Part shown: positions 1 through 9,191 of the stretch, in pieces
Layout of the letters: every line of letters begins with the position of its first letter
How positions within the stretch are numbered: position 1 is the stretch's first letter
Assembly (NCBI RefSeq): GCF_000215085.1
Contig: NC_015589.1
Coordinates: 2,158,120-2,182,119 of the forward strand
Source: Desulforamulus ruminis DSM 2154
GTDB taxonomy: Bacteria; Bacillota; Desulfotomaculia; Desulfotomaculales; Desulfotomaculaceae
Reading direction: 5' to 3'
Length of the DNA stretch: 24,000 nt
Notes under the pieces: generated by a model
Seen by the model: only the letters and a program-made list of their open reading frames with translations
Databases searched by the model: none
What the model was told of the DNA's origin: nothing
Made by a program: the position numbers and the translations under genes

Positions 1-1622
1 GCGCCGCCTCTGCTTAAGTCTTTTCCTTTCTCCATGCACCCATCCACCAGCATGGATAAATAAGGTCGAGGCACCATTTCCCAGTGGATCTGCTGAGCCG
101 TCACCGTTCCAATGACCGCATGTTTAATTAAATGAGCCAGTTGTCTGAAGAAGGCTTCCTCCACTTCTTCATAGGTTGTAAATTCCGCAGGCTCCTTTTC
201 CTCAAGACCCATCTCCATTCCGGTCATGCGGCTTCTTCCTTTGTTCAGCGCATATTCCACGGCTGAAGCCAGGTTAATGTTGACGGCGGAAGTCCACTCA
301 CCATTCTTTCTGAAATGCGGCACCACGCAGCCGCAATTACTCCAGTCTCTGGCATCCTCCGGGGATAATCCCACGGCCAGCAGCATCTCTGAGCCAACCC
401 GGTCATTATGGACTGCCGGAAAACCGGTTCCGGTACGGATAAGCCGGCATACAGCCAGCAAAAATTCCTCGGGACTGTCGGGATGAATGCGCACACTGAG
501 CCCCGGCTGGTGCGTTCTTACATTCTCGGTGGCTTTAAGGCACAGATAGGATAATTGGTTGGTGGCGTCCCGCCCGTCTCTTTTTCTTCCGCCCAGCGTC
601 AGGTTCTGAAAAGCGTTATAGCCTGCAAAGAACTTAGCGGTGTTGCTTGAAATAACCCATACCCATTCGGAAAGTTTAAGCCAAAGGCACTCGATGAATT
701 CCAGGGCCTTTTCATCGGTGAGGGTTCCTTTGCTTATGTCCTGCTCATAATAGGGATACATATACTGATCGAATCTTCCCAGGTTTAAAGCCAGTGAATT
801 CTCGGACAGGATGGAACCAAGCTGAGTAAACCAGACGGTCTGAATGGCTTCATGAAAAGTTTCCGGCGGATGCTGCGGCACCTTCCGGCAGATCCTGGCA
901 ATCTCCAGCAGTTCCTGTCTTCTGACCGCGTCCCCTTCGGTTTCCGCCAATTGCCGGGCCTTCTCCGCATAACGGTGGGCCAGGGTCACAATTCCTTCAC
1001 AAACCAATAGGGCCGCCCGATAAAAGTCGATCTTTTCCAAGGCTTCTGCTGTTACCGGCTGCAAATTCTCCAGCAAGGTCAAAGCTTGCTCCTTAAGGCC
1101 GGCAAAACCTTTTTTAAATATCACATCCTGATAATCGGGCGTGATTTCCCCCACGGCATTCCGCCATTTGGAATCATTGTCCACAATTCCGGTGTCAATC
1201 AGCAATTTCGCCGTGTCTTTATGAATCCTGGCCAAAAAAGCTTCTTCCAGGGATTTGCCCTTCCAGTAAGGAAAAACTCCTTTACGAAGAATAATTTTTG
1301 TCTCTTCATCAATGATATAAGGGTCCTGGATTCTGTTGGCAAAGGAATCCATTTCCTGCTCCACCCATTTCCAGGAATACTCGGGACAAACCAGGCCGGT
1401 CTTCTTAAATTCACCAATACATCCCACAATCAACTCATTGTCAAAAATGGTTACCGGCAGTGTGCTGCATACATGCTTAAAGGCTTCCGCCCGCTGCAGA
1501 ATCATGGATTGGCCTTCGGTGTTTTTATGGGATTCCGTAAAGGCCAGGGCTCTTTTAATGCTAATGCGCGGCTTGGTTTGCAGATATAGTTTTTTTAAAT
1601 CTTGCACCCGCTGGGTGGACAT
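1..1622 (-). CDS. Glycyl radical enzyme (pyruvate formate-lyase-like family), N-terminal and central part; C-terminus lies beyond the window edge; substrate unassigned
   Basis: Continuous open frame on the minus strand from ATG at 1622..1620 (MSTQRVQDLKKLYLQTKPRISIKRALAFTESHKNTEGQSMILQRAEAFKHVCSTLP...) to the window edge (...PRPYLSMLVDGCMEKGKDLSRGGA). G-rich RBS just upstream. Missing from the supplied ORF track, apparently because it has no stop in the window. Confidence 0.88.
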   Translation of the reverse strand, partial: MSTQRVQDLKKLYLQTKPRISIKRALAFTESHKNTEGQSMILQRAEAFKHVCSTLPVTIFDNELIVGCIGEFKKTGLVCPEYSWKWVEQEMDSFANRIQDPYIIDEETKIILRKGVFPYWKGKSLEEAFLARIHKDTAKLLIDTGIVDNDSKWRNAVGEITPDYQDVIFKKGFAGLKEQALTLLENLQPVTAEALEKIDFYRAALLVCEGIVTLAHRYAEKARQLAETEGDAVRRQELLEIARICRKVPQHPPETFHEAIQTVWFTQLGSILSENSLALNLGRFDQYMYPYYEQDISKGTLTDEKALEFIECLWLKLSEWVWVISSNTAKFFAGYNAFQNLTLGGRKRDGRDATNQLSYLCLKATENVRTHQPGLSVRIHPDSPEEFLLAVCRLIRTGTGFPAVHNDRVGSEMLLAVGLSPEDARDWSNCGCVVPHFRKNGEWTSAVNINLASAVEYALNKGRSRMTGMEMGLEEKEPAEFTTYEEVEEAFFRQLAHLIKHAVIGTVTAQQIHWEMVPRPYLSMLVDGCMEKGKDLSRGG

Positions 1623-1626
1623 GTCT

Positions 1627-2310
1627 TTAACCCCCTATCCGTTCTTTATCTTTTAAGTAGTCAACCAGAACAGCGCTGGCATCTTCCATATGTTTACGCA
1701 GCACCCTCTGGGCCGCCTGGACGTTCTTTTGCACACAGGCCTGCAATAATTCCCTGTGTTCCGCCTGGGATTTTGCCTGGTAATTCATGGCCGATAAATA
1801 TAAGCGCATGTATCGTTCCGCGTTGTTATGCAATGTCTGAATTAAAGCAAGCAATCTTGGCCTTTCCGCGGGCAAATAAATCGTTTCGTGAAAGCGCCAG
1901 TTCATCTCTCCCCAACGGGCGCAGCAGGTTTCCACATCTGTCTGGTCCAGGATTTGCCGGGCTCGTTCCAAGTTCTCCCCGGTCAGATTCGGAAGGGCCA
2001 GCTCCAAGGCTCCCAGTTCCAGAAACAACCGTATGTCAAAGATTTCCCGGGCCTCCGCCGCAGACAGTTCGCTGACCACCGCCCCGCGGTTGGGATAAAA
2101 TTTTACCAACCCCTCCCCTTCCAGGCTCTTTAAGGCCTCCCGCAGGGGGCTCATGCTTACGCCGAAGCGAGCCGCCAATTCCTCCTGTCTTAATGGGGTT
2201 CCTCCTTTTATCTCGCCGGATAAAATTGCATCCCGAAGAAGATTAGCGATGATCTCCGGCATGGTACGATGGGATATTTTAATTTGAATTTTTGAATGAT
2301 GATTGTTCAT
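1627..2310 (-). CDS. GntR-family transcriptional regulator, FadR/FCD-type
   Basis: Winged-helix signature (LRQEELAARFGVSMSPLREALKSLEGEGLVKFYPNRGAVV) plus helical FCD-like C-terminus. It ends 4 nt before the glycyl radical enzyme start, so they are probably co-transcribed. Confidence 0.93.
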   Translation of the reverse strand: MNNHHSKIQIKISHRTMPEIIANLLRDAILSGEIKGGTPLRQEELAARFGVSMSPLREALKSLEGEGLVKFYPNRGAVVSELSAAEAREIFDIRLFLELGALELALPNLTGENLERARQILDQTDVETCCARWGEMNWRFHETIYLPAERPRLLALIQTLHNNAERYMRLYLSAMNYQAKSQAEHRELLQACVQKNVQAAQRVLRKHMEDASAVLVDYLKDKERIGG

Positions 2311-2458
2311 ATAGCTAGTATAAAATATTTTTGTCTGATAAACATTCTATTTTCGAAAGTATACAGTTTTTTATTAGATATGAGGAGGCCCCGCCATAGT
2401 TGTCAATTCCGCCCTTTCATCCTATAATGGATGTAATTTTAATTAAGGAGTGTGGTTT

Positions 2459-2503
2459 ATGTTTGTTCAAGCGGAGTCGGTGGTAATCCATTTGTCAGCT
2501 TAA
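2459..2503 (+). other. Possible 14-aa upstream ORF (MFVQAESVVIHLSA) in the rsgA leader
   Basis: AAGGAG precedes the ATG at 2459; stop TAA at 2501-2503; located 84 nt before rsgA. Confidence 0.3.
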
Positions 2504-2507
2504 GTGT

Positions 2508-2559
2508 CGCAGGGTTCTCATTCATACTGACCGACAGTAGCTTATGAGATTCTTCTGCG
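2508..2559 (+). promoter_or_regulatory. Structured 5' leader hairpin of rsgA
   Basis: Nested complementary segments CGCAG..CTGCG, CTCAT..ATGAG and ACTG..CAGT between 2508 and 2559. Confidence 0.4.
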
Positions 2560-2586
2560 GCCTATTTTGGTTCAGGAGGATTCTCA

Positions 2587-3645
2587 ATGAATTTAATTTC
2601 TTTAGGTTGGAACGATTTTTGGGAAGAGCATTTTAGGAACTATCAACAGCCAGGTTTTAAGGCCGGGCGAATTGCCGCTGAATACAAAGGGATTTACCGG
2701 GTATACACGGAAAAAGGGGATTTTCTGGCCGGTATTTCCGGCAAAATGCGTTATCAGGCAGCGGTCCGGGATCACTTTCCAGCGGTGGGTGACTGGGTTG
2801 TTCTCCGTGATGAGGATGAAGCAAGCCCTGTAATCCATGCAGTTCTGCCCCGGAAAAGTAAATTTTCCCGCAAGGTGGCGGGAAAAGCTACGGAAGAACA
2901 AATTATCGCCGCCAATGTGGACACGGTCTTCCTGGTAACAGCGCTAAATAAGGATTTTAATCTGCGCCGCATCGAACGCTATCTTACCCTGGCCTGGGAG
3001 AGCGGAGCGAACCCGGTCATTGTTTTAAGCAAGGCCGATCTGTGCCAGGATATCCCAAATAAGGTGCAGAATGCGGAAGCCATTGCTTTGGGCGTACCGG
3101 TTTATGTTATCAGCAGCATTACCGGCCAGGGTATTGAGTCCCTGGAATTCCATCTAGGAGAGGGTCGGACGGTTGCCCTGCTGGGCTCCTCCGGGGCCGG
3201 AAAGTCCACATTAATTAACCGCCTGATGGGGAAACCGGCCCAAAGAACCCGGGATATCCGGCAGGGGGACGACCGGGGCAAGCACACCACCACCTCCAGG
3301 GAGCTGTTCCTGCTGCCCCGGGGCGGCCTTGTGGTGGACACCCCGGGCCTGCGTGAATTACAACTCTGGGATTCTCATGAAGGGTTTCATGAGACCTTTG
3401 AGGATGTGGAATTTTACGCCGGCCAGTGCCGGTTTACCGACTGCCGGCATACCAGTGAACCCGGTTGCGCCGTCAAAAGGGCCCTGGCGGAGGGAAAGCT
3501 GGATCCCGCCCGGTTTAACCATTATCTTAAACTGCAAAAGGAACTGGCTTATCTTTCCCGCAAAGAGAATCAACAGGAACTTTTGGCGGATAAAGCACGC
3601 TGGAAAAAAATCCACAAAGAAATGAAACACTATAAACCCCGCTAA
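2587..3645 (+). CDS. rsgA: Ribosome small subunit-dependent GTPase A (circularly permuted GTPase, YjeQ/EngC/RsgA family)
   Basis: Motifs in permuted order: TALNKDFNLRRIERYL, VLSKADLC (G4), LLGSSGAGKSTLINRLMG (G1), DTPGLREL (G3), and C-terminal zinc region CRFTDCRHTSEPGCAVKRAL. RBS caggagga. Confidence 0.97.
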   Translation: MNLISLGWNDFWEEHFRNYQQPGFKAGRIAAEYKGIYRVYTEKGDFLAGISGKMRYQAAVRDHFPAVGDWVVLRDEDEASPVIHAVLPRKSKFSRKVAGKATEEQIIAANVDTVFLVTALNKDFNLRRIERYLTLAWESGANPVIVLSKADLCQDIPNKVQNAEAIALGVPVYVISSITGQGIESLEFHLGEGRTVALLGSSGAGKSTLINRLMGKPAQRTRDIRQGDDRGKHTTTSRELFLLPRGGLVVDTPGLRELQLWDSHEGFHETFEDVEFYAGQCRFTDCRHTSEPGCAVKRALAEGKLDPARFNHYLKLQKELAYLSRKENQQELLADKARWKKIHKEMKHYKPR

Positions 3646-3651
3646 CAGGGG

Positions 3652-3686
3652 AACCCTCCGGTTTACCGGAGGGTTCTTTCGTCTTT
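3652..3686 (+). terminator. Rho-independent terminator after rsgA
   Basis: Perfect 10-bp stem AACCCTCCGG-TTTA-CCGGAGGGTT followed by a T-rich run. Confidence 0.85.
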
Positions 3687-3733
3687 TGCTATAGGGCCGC
3701 TTCTGATGAAAATGGTTTACAAAACCTTTTTGT

Positions 3734-4798
3734 TTACTGACTGCAAATGGTTGGATTCACGGTCTTAATAAAAACATCCAGTTTGGCTGGCTCTCCCTGG
3801 GCCGTTACCTCGTAACCAAAGGCCTGGCCGACAAAGCGCAAGGGCACCATGGTTCGATTGTTTATGATCTTCGTCGGCACATCCAGGGTTATTTCCTGTT
3901 CATTAACCAAGGCCTTAGCCTGGCCAACGGGCAGTTGGATGACGACTTCATCCCTCTTTCCAAATACCGAACTGCCGGCCTCGTCCAGCCAAACTTCTGC
4001 TCCCAGGGCCTCAAAGGTTTTGCGGAACGGCACCAGGGTCCGGTTGGTTTGGGGGTCATAAAGGGGCGGTTCATCGTAAATAATCCTGCTTCCGTTCATA
4101 TACACGTTAATGGCCAACTCACCGGCGCTGGTGGCAACGGGTTTTTCCACCTTATCCGGTACCGCTTCTTCCGCAGGGCCGGCGGAATCCACTTTATAAA
4201 GGATCATATAATCTTTAATAATCTGCACCGCTTCTTTTTTCATATCCTGAGTGAGGAATGAATCGGTAAAGACCGGTTCTGTCAGATCCCAAAGATTGTT
4301 TCCGTCGTTTGTACGCATGGAACTCTGAGCCTTAGCCAAGGCCAGGATCATGGAAACCGTAAAGCTCTGGGGATTTTTTATTTTTGCTTCTTCTAGATAG
4401 GGAATGGCCTTTTGCGGTGTCAAATAATCATCCAGCAGAATCAGATATCCAAGGCAGAACAACTCGTCCCCGTTTAGATCCTTCAGATCCAGATCGGCAA
4501 CTGGTTTGTCGTACCGTTGCTCTGCGTAAAGCTCCGCATGGTTCCGGACTTCCCAGGTCTGCTGCTGATACATGGCGTTGATCACGGCAGCCTTGATGTC
4601 CAGGGATTGCTTGGGATCCTGCAGGAACCGGGTAATTTCCTCGGTTGGTACGCCCCAGGTCATGGCCTCCTCTACAATCTGCCGGTCCTTGTAGGCATTG
4701 GCAAAGGGGGTGGAAGTAACCGGTGTGTCGGCAAAGGAAACCCCTGGCCAAACATTAAAAAACATGACTAAAAAAATGATTCCCGCGAACCGTTTCAA
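3734..4798 (-). CDS. Secreted protein with a C-terminal copper amine oxidase N-terminal-like (stalk) domain
   Basis: N-terminal signal peptide (MKRFAGIIFLVMFFNVWPGVSFA). C-terminal repeats typical of the domain (YDPQTNRTLVPFRKTFEALGAEVWLD..., IINNRTMVPLRFVGQAFGYEV). Confidence 0.85.
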   Translation of the reverse strand: MKRFAGIIFLVMFFNVWPGVSFADTPVTSTPFANAYKDRQIVEEAMTWGVPTEEITRFLQDPKQSLDIKAAVINAMYQQQTWEVRNHAELYAEQRYDKPVADLDLKDLNGDELFCLGYLILLDDYLTPQKAIPYLEEAKIKNPQSFTVSMILALAKAQSSMRTNDGNNLWDLTEPVFTDSFLTQDMKKEAVQIIKDYMILYKVDSAGPAEEAVPDKVEKPVATSAGELAINVYMNGSRIIYDEPPLYDPQTNRTLVPFRKTFEALGAEVWLDEAGSSVFGKRDEVVIQLPVGQAKALVNEQEITLDVPTKIINNRTMVPLRFVGQAFGYEVTAQGEPAKLDVFIKTVNPTICSQ

Positions 4799-5102
4799 AA
4801 AAATACCTCCCTAAAATTTTTACACAGGATTCTCTTTCATAGAATTCTCTTTCCGTGTAAAATTTTCCTATTAGGGGATTTGGTATTATGCCACCCATCG
4901 GTATTTTATTTATAATATTTAACGGTTCATGTTAAAAAGGATTTTTCCTCTGACAATGGAACAATCTAAATATAAAGAAAGATGAGACCAACTATATGAA
5001 GTCAAGAGAAAAATAAGAGAAGGAAGTAAAAAAGTAGTAGCGAAAAAAGGCATGCTTAAGCAAACTGTCGGGATATCCGGCAGCAAAAAGAGAAAGGAAT
5101 GG

Positions 5103-6294
5103 TTAGGCCTGAGGGATAAAAATGGAGTTGTTTTTAAGCAGACTGAAGATCACACGAACAAGTTTTTTGCCGACATGGCTCAAAGCGACAAATTGATGCT
5201 TACCCTCGGATTTTTTCTTCGCCATATAAGACTTGAAGGTGGGGTCGCGCATGGCAATAAGTCTAGCGGCGTTTATTAAAGCCCAGCGGAGATAAGAGGA
5301 ACCGCGCTTGACCATCGGAGTGGAATTGGCGGAGAACTTACCGGACTGATAAGTAGAAGGGTCCAGACCGGCAAAAGCAAGGAGCTTAGCCGGAGTGGCA
5401 AAGCGAGTAATGTCGCCGACCTCGGCCAGGATGATGGCTCCAAGGGTATAAGATATGCCCGGTACCGTGAGAATGGGAGAATCAAGCGCCACCATAACCT
5501 CCCTGATACGGGCATCGATGGCAGAGATCTGAGTCTGGAGAAAACGGACGGTTTGAATCGTCTGGACCAGCTCGAAGCTGAGCGCAGGAGAGCAGGAACC
5601 GATAGAAACCTTGGCAAGCTCACGAATCTGGATCGCCTTCTCTCTGCCATACCTTCCTTGTGAGGCTTCTGCAAGGAGGCTCGTAAGGCGAGTCAAATGA
5701 CATTGGGCGATGGCCTGAGCGGAGGGGAACTGGCTGAGGAGGGCAAGACAAGAATTCTGATGGATGGACCAGACGGCCGTATGAAGCCGGAAAGAGGATC
5801 GTAAGCTGCCGGTTATAGGACGTTTTCAGTTTAGAGCGTATAGAAAGCAGACGAAACCGGTGCCGGGTTAGTGCTTTCAGCTCGGAGATATGATATGATG
5901 CGGGAGAATAGGGCTTGGTGTCATCGGAGAAGAGCATGGCAGCCAGGAATCTTGCATCCGACTTGTCGGTCTTGGTTTTTCTCAGAGTCTGTGCCTTACG
6001 GTATAGATTGACATGGAGGGGATTGAAGGTAGTGACTTCAAACCCCTGTCCAATGAGAAAGTTTGTGAGATTCGTGCTGAAATGGCCGGTGGATTCCAGC
6101 CCTATTTTTACGTTTAGAGATCCGGAAGCCGATTTTAAGGAAACGATGTTGCTTATCAGCGTCTCAAAACCGTTGCGGTCATTGGTAAAGGTGAAGTTTT
6201 CAAAGAGGGCGGAGCCATCGCGATTCAGGATGCAGCAGTCGTGTTTCCGGGACGCTACATCGATACCCACGTAGATCAAAGAATCATCTCCCAT
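5103..6294 (-). pseudogene. IS110-family transposase disrupted by a frameshift at about 5785-5790
   Basis: ORF 6330..5620 and ORF 5696..5103 are the N- and C-terminal halves of one protein. Conceptual shifting at TTTCCGGCTTCAT restores ...LFP(E)LHTAVWSIHQNSCLALLSQFPSAQAIAQCHLTRLTSLLAEASQGRYG... Confidence 0.8.
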
Positions 6295-6330
6295 TGATTG
6301 ATTTTGGCGCTGTGTGTCCACGCACTTCAT
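5103..6330 (-). mobile_element. IS110-family insertion element (transposase-encoding part; element ends not resolved)
   Basis: Two adjacent minus-strand ORFs encode the IS110 DEDD N-terminal domain (YVGIDVASRKHDCCILNRDG...DKSDARFLAAML) and the C-terminal Tnp domain (LTVPGISYTLGAIILAEVGDITRF...FAGLDPSTYQSGKFS...VKRGSSYLRWALINAARL). Confidence 0.88.
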
Positions 6331-6545
6331 GCTGAATGTATCCTTGTCCGATATGAAGCGTCCAATGCGCTATCCAACCGATAAACAAATGAGCATGAAG
6401 CTGTGGTTGTAGCCTCTAAGGTATAACCAGTCGGCCGTACCGCTGTAGGTGATCAAACCAATCCACAGCGCAGACAACATTTTAACCCATAATCGGGAGA
6501 AAGGTAATGGAGCCCTTTCCGGACTCCATTATACAAGGTGATAAC

Positions 6546-7160
6546 ATGACTTCGATTAAACTGACCCTCTTTTCAGATTATGCCTGACCCTTTTGCTATA
6601 TCGGCAAAGGTATTGTCGAAAAATTGTCTAAAGAATATTCCCTTACCCTCCGCTGGGCCGGTTATGAACTACGGCCTGAAAGGCCTCCGGAGGGGGAACG
6701 CCTGGACCGGCTGATCCCCGATTTTGATGCGGAAGCCGCCTGCCAGCAATTTAACAGACTGGGTGCCCAGTATGATCTTTCTTTCGGTCCCGTCACTTTT
6801 CTTCCTAATACGCGATTGGCCCTGATGCTTACGGAATATGCCAAGGATCAAGGGATTTTTAATGAATTCCATCAGGCCGTTTTTAAGGCTTATTTTGCAG
6901 AAGGGAAGAATATTGGATCGAAGGACGTACTTCTTGATATTGCTGCCCTTCTGGGAATGAACCTCACAGAAACAGAAGCAGCTCTCAGGGAGCCCAAATA
7001 TTTGCATCGTCTGGAACAGAACCGGCAGTCCGGCGTTCCTTGGCAGGTAACCGGATTACCAACCATGATTATAAACGAGCAGAAAAAAATCGTCGGCGCA
7101 CAACCCTATGATACCTTTAAAAAAGCATTGGACTCCCTTCTAGCGAATGGTAAAGGCTAA
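6546..7160 (+). CDS. DsbA/FrnE-like (thioredoxin-fold) oxidoreductase, predicted selenoprotein; TGA at 6585-6587 read as selenocysteine
   Basis: ATG 6546 with AAGGTG RBS gives MTSIKLTLFSDYA-U-PFCYIGKGIVEKLSKEYSLTLRWAGYELRPERPPEG... in the same frame as ORF 6624..7160. The UPFCYIGK segment matches the CPxCYxGK redox motif of FrnE/DsbA-like proteins, and homology-like sequence begins well upstream of the TTG start used by the track. Confidence 0.87.
6601..6619 (+). promoter_or_regulatory. Putative bacterial SECIS element
   Basis: Stem UCGGCAA/UUGUCGA (7 bp including one G-U) capped by loop AGGUA. There are 20 nt between the UGA and the apical loop, and a G lies within the first two loop nucleotides, consistent with the general bacterial SECIS description. 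Confidence 0.68.
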
Positions 7161-7324
7161 ATAAAAACTCTAAATGTTTTATGGGCCAAAAACCATAGAA
7201 CACGGATGATACGGATTTACACGGGGTTTTTAATCTTTGTTTTATATCCGTGTTCCATTCTTATTTTAGAAGGCGTTGGCTATCCAACAGCCTTCTATTT
7301 TTTATCAAGAGTCGGGAAAAATCA

Positions 7325-8362
<1,038 letters not shown>

Positions 8363-8381
8363 CTATTATTTTATCTTTTGG

Positions 8382-8431
8382 AAAAAACAAAAACGGGCCA
8401 GAGGTAGTTAATGTAACTACCAACTGACCCG
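8382..8431 (-). terminator. Intrinsic terminator or attenuator in the gap leader
   Basis: On the minus strand: CGGGTCA..GGTAGTTA-CAT-TAACTACC..TGGCCCG followed by TTTTTGTTTTTT. It lies downstream of a promoter (extended -10 TGGTATAAT at 8471-8479) and just before the gap RBS. Confidence 0.7.
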
Positions 8432-8588
8432 CTCCAATACTCCTGGGCATTTATTCTGTTCTTCTAGAACATTATACCATGCTTTCCTTATCATAATAAA
8501 ACTATTTTGCAAAAAACCCCGATAAATGGTACAGACCTTTGTTAGGCTTACTGAGGAAGTACTTCCTGCTTTATAGAAAATATGAAAC

Positions 8589-9191
8589 TCAATCTTTACA
8601 GTTCCCTAATAAGTTTAAATTCCACAAATCCCTAAGACTTGTGCTAATGGCGCTAATCCCTTTATCCAATGCTTCATGGACATCTTCCTCGGTTTTTACC
8701 AAACCGCCGGCCAGGATGGGAATGGCTAAAGACTCCTGCAGCTCACTAATGACATACCCAGGCACGCTGGAAGGTAAAACTTCAATGGCATGGGGCTGTA
8801 CTTGACGGGCTACTTTAATGGCTGTCTTTAAGGATTCCGAGTCCACCACAAATATCCGCTGTACTGTCAACAAGCCTTCTTCCTTACCGATTTTAATAAG
8901 ATGAGACTTTGTTGTCACAATTCCTCTTAAGCCGAGCCTGGTTAGAAAATGAAGCCCCGGGCGATCTTTGCCCACCCCTTCAAAGAGATCGATGTGCACT
9001 AGCAGTAATTTGCCGGCTTCCCGGGATCTCTTAATTAAACTGGGTAAATAGTTGATATCCCCGTTTAGGGCAATAATTGCATCAATATTTTTATGCGCCA
9101 AGGCTTCAGGCAAATCCTTCAGTTTACGAATACAGGCAACAATTTTTTTGCTAAATAAAAGTTCTTCCATAACCCGCCTCCATAGAAACAC
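8589..9191 (-). CDS. Glycerol-3-phosphate responsive antiterminator family protein (GlpP-like)
   Basis: Pattern of a GlpP-type TIM barrel: VACIRKLKDLPEAL, LLVHIDLFEGVGKDRPGLHFL, GIVTTKSHLIKIGKEEGLLTVQRIFVVDSESL, HAIEVLPSSVPGYVISEL, IPILAGGLVKTEEDVHEALDKGISAISTS. Confidence 0.88.
   Translation of the reverse strand: MFLWRRVMEELLFSKKIVACIRKLKDLPEALAHKNIDAIIALNGDINYLPSLIKRSREAGKLLLVHIDLFEGVGKDRPGLHFLTRLGLRGIVTTKSHLIKIGKEEGLLTVQRIFVVDSESLKTAIKVARQVQPHAIEVLPSSVPGYVISELQESLAIPILAGGLVKTEEDVHEALDKGISAISTSLRDLWNLNLLGNCKD

Noticed and set aside
245-1656. Several ORFs on both strands within 1-1656 (e.g. 1086..1589 and 1336..1656)
   Set aside because: They overlap the long open frame encoding the glycyl radical enzyme and have low-complexity or unrelated translations.
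1602-2133. Plus-strand ORFs 1602..2075 and 1888..2133
   Set aside because: Antisense to the clearly recognisable GntR regulator.
4959-5279. Possible second UGA-containing ORF (MEQSKYKER*DQLYEVKRKIREGSKKVVAKKGMLKQ...)
   Set aside because: It runs antisense into the transposase C-terminus, has no recognisable family motif around the TGA and no clear SECIS, so it is most likely spurious.
6624-7160. Gene starting at TTG 6624 as given by the ORF track
   Set aside because: This start removes the thioredoxin-fold first strand and the entire CxxC region. Coherent family-like sequence with RBS and ATG exists upstream in the same frame, interrupted only by TGA.
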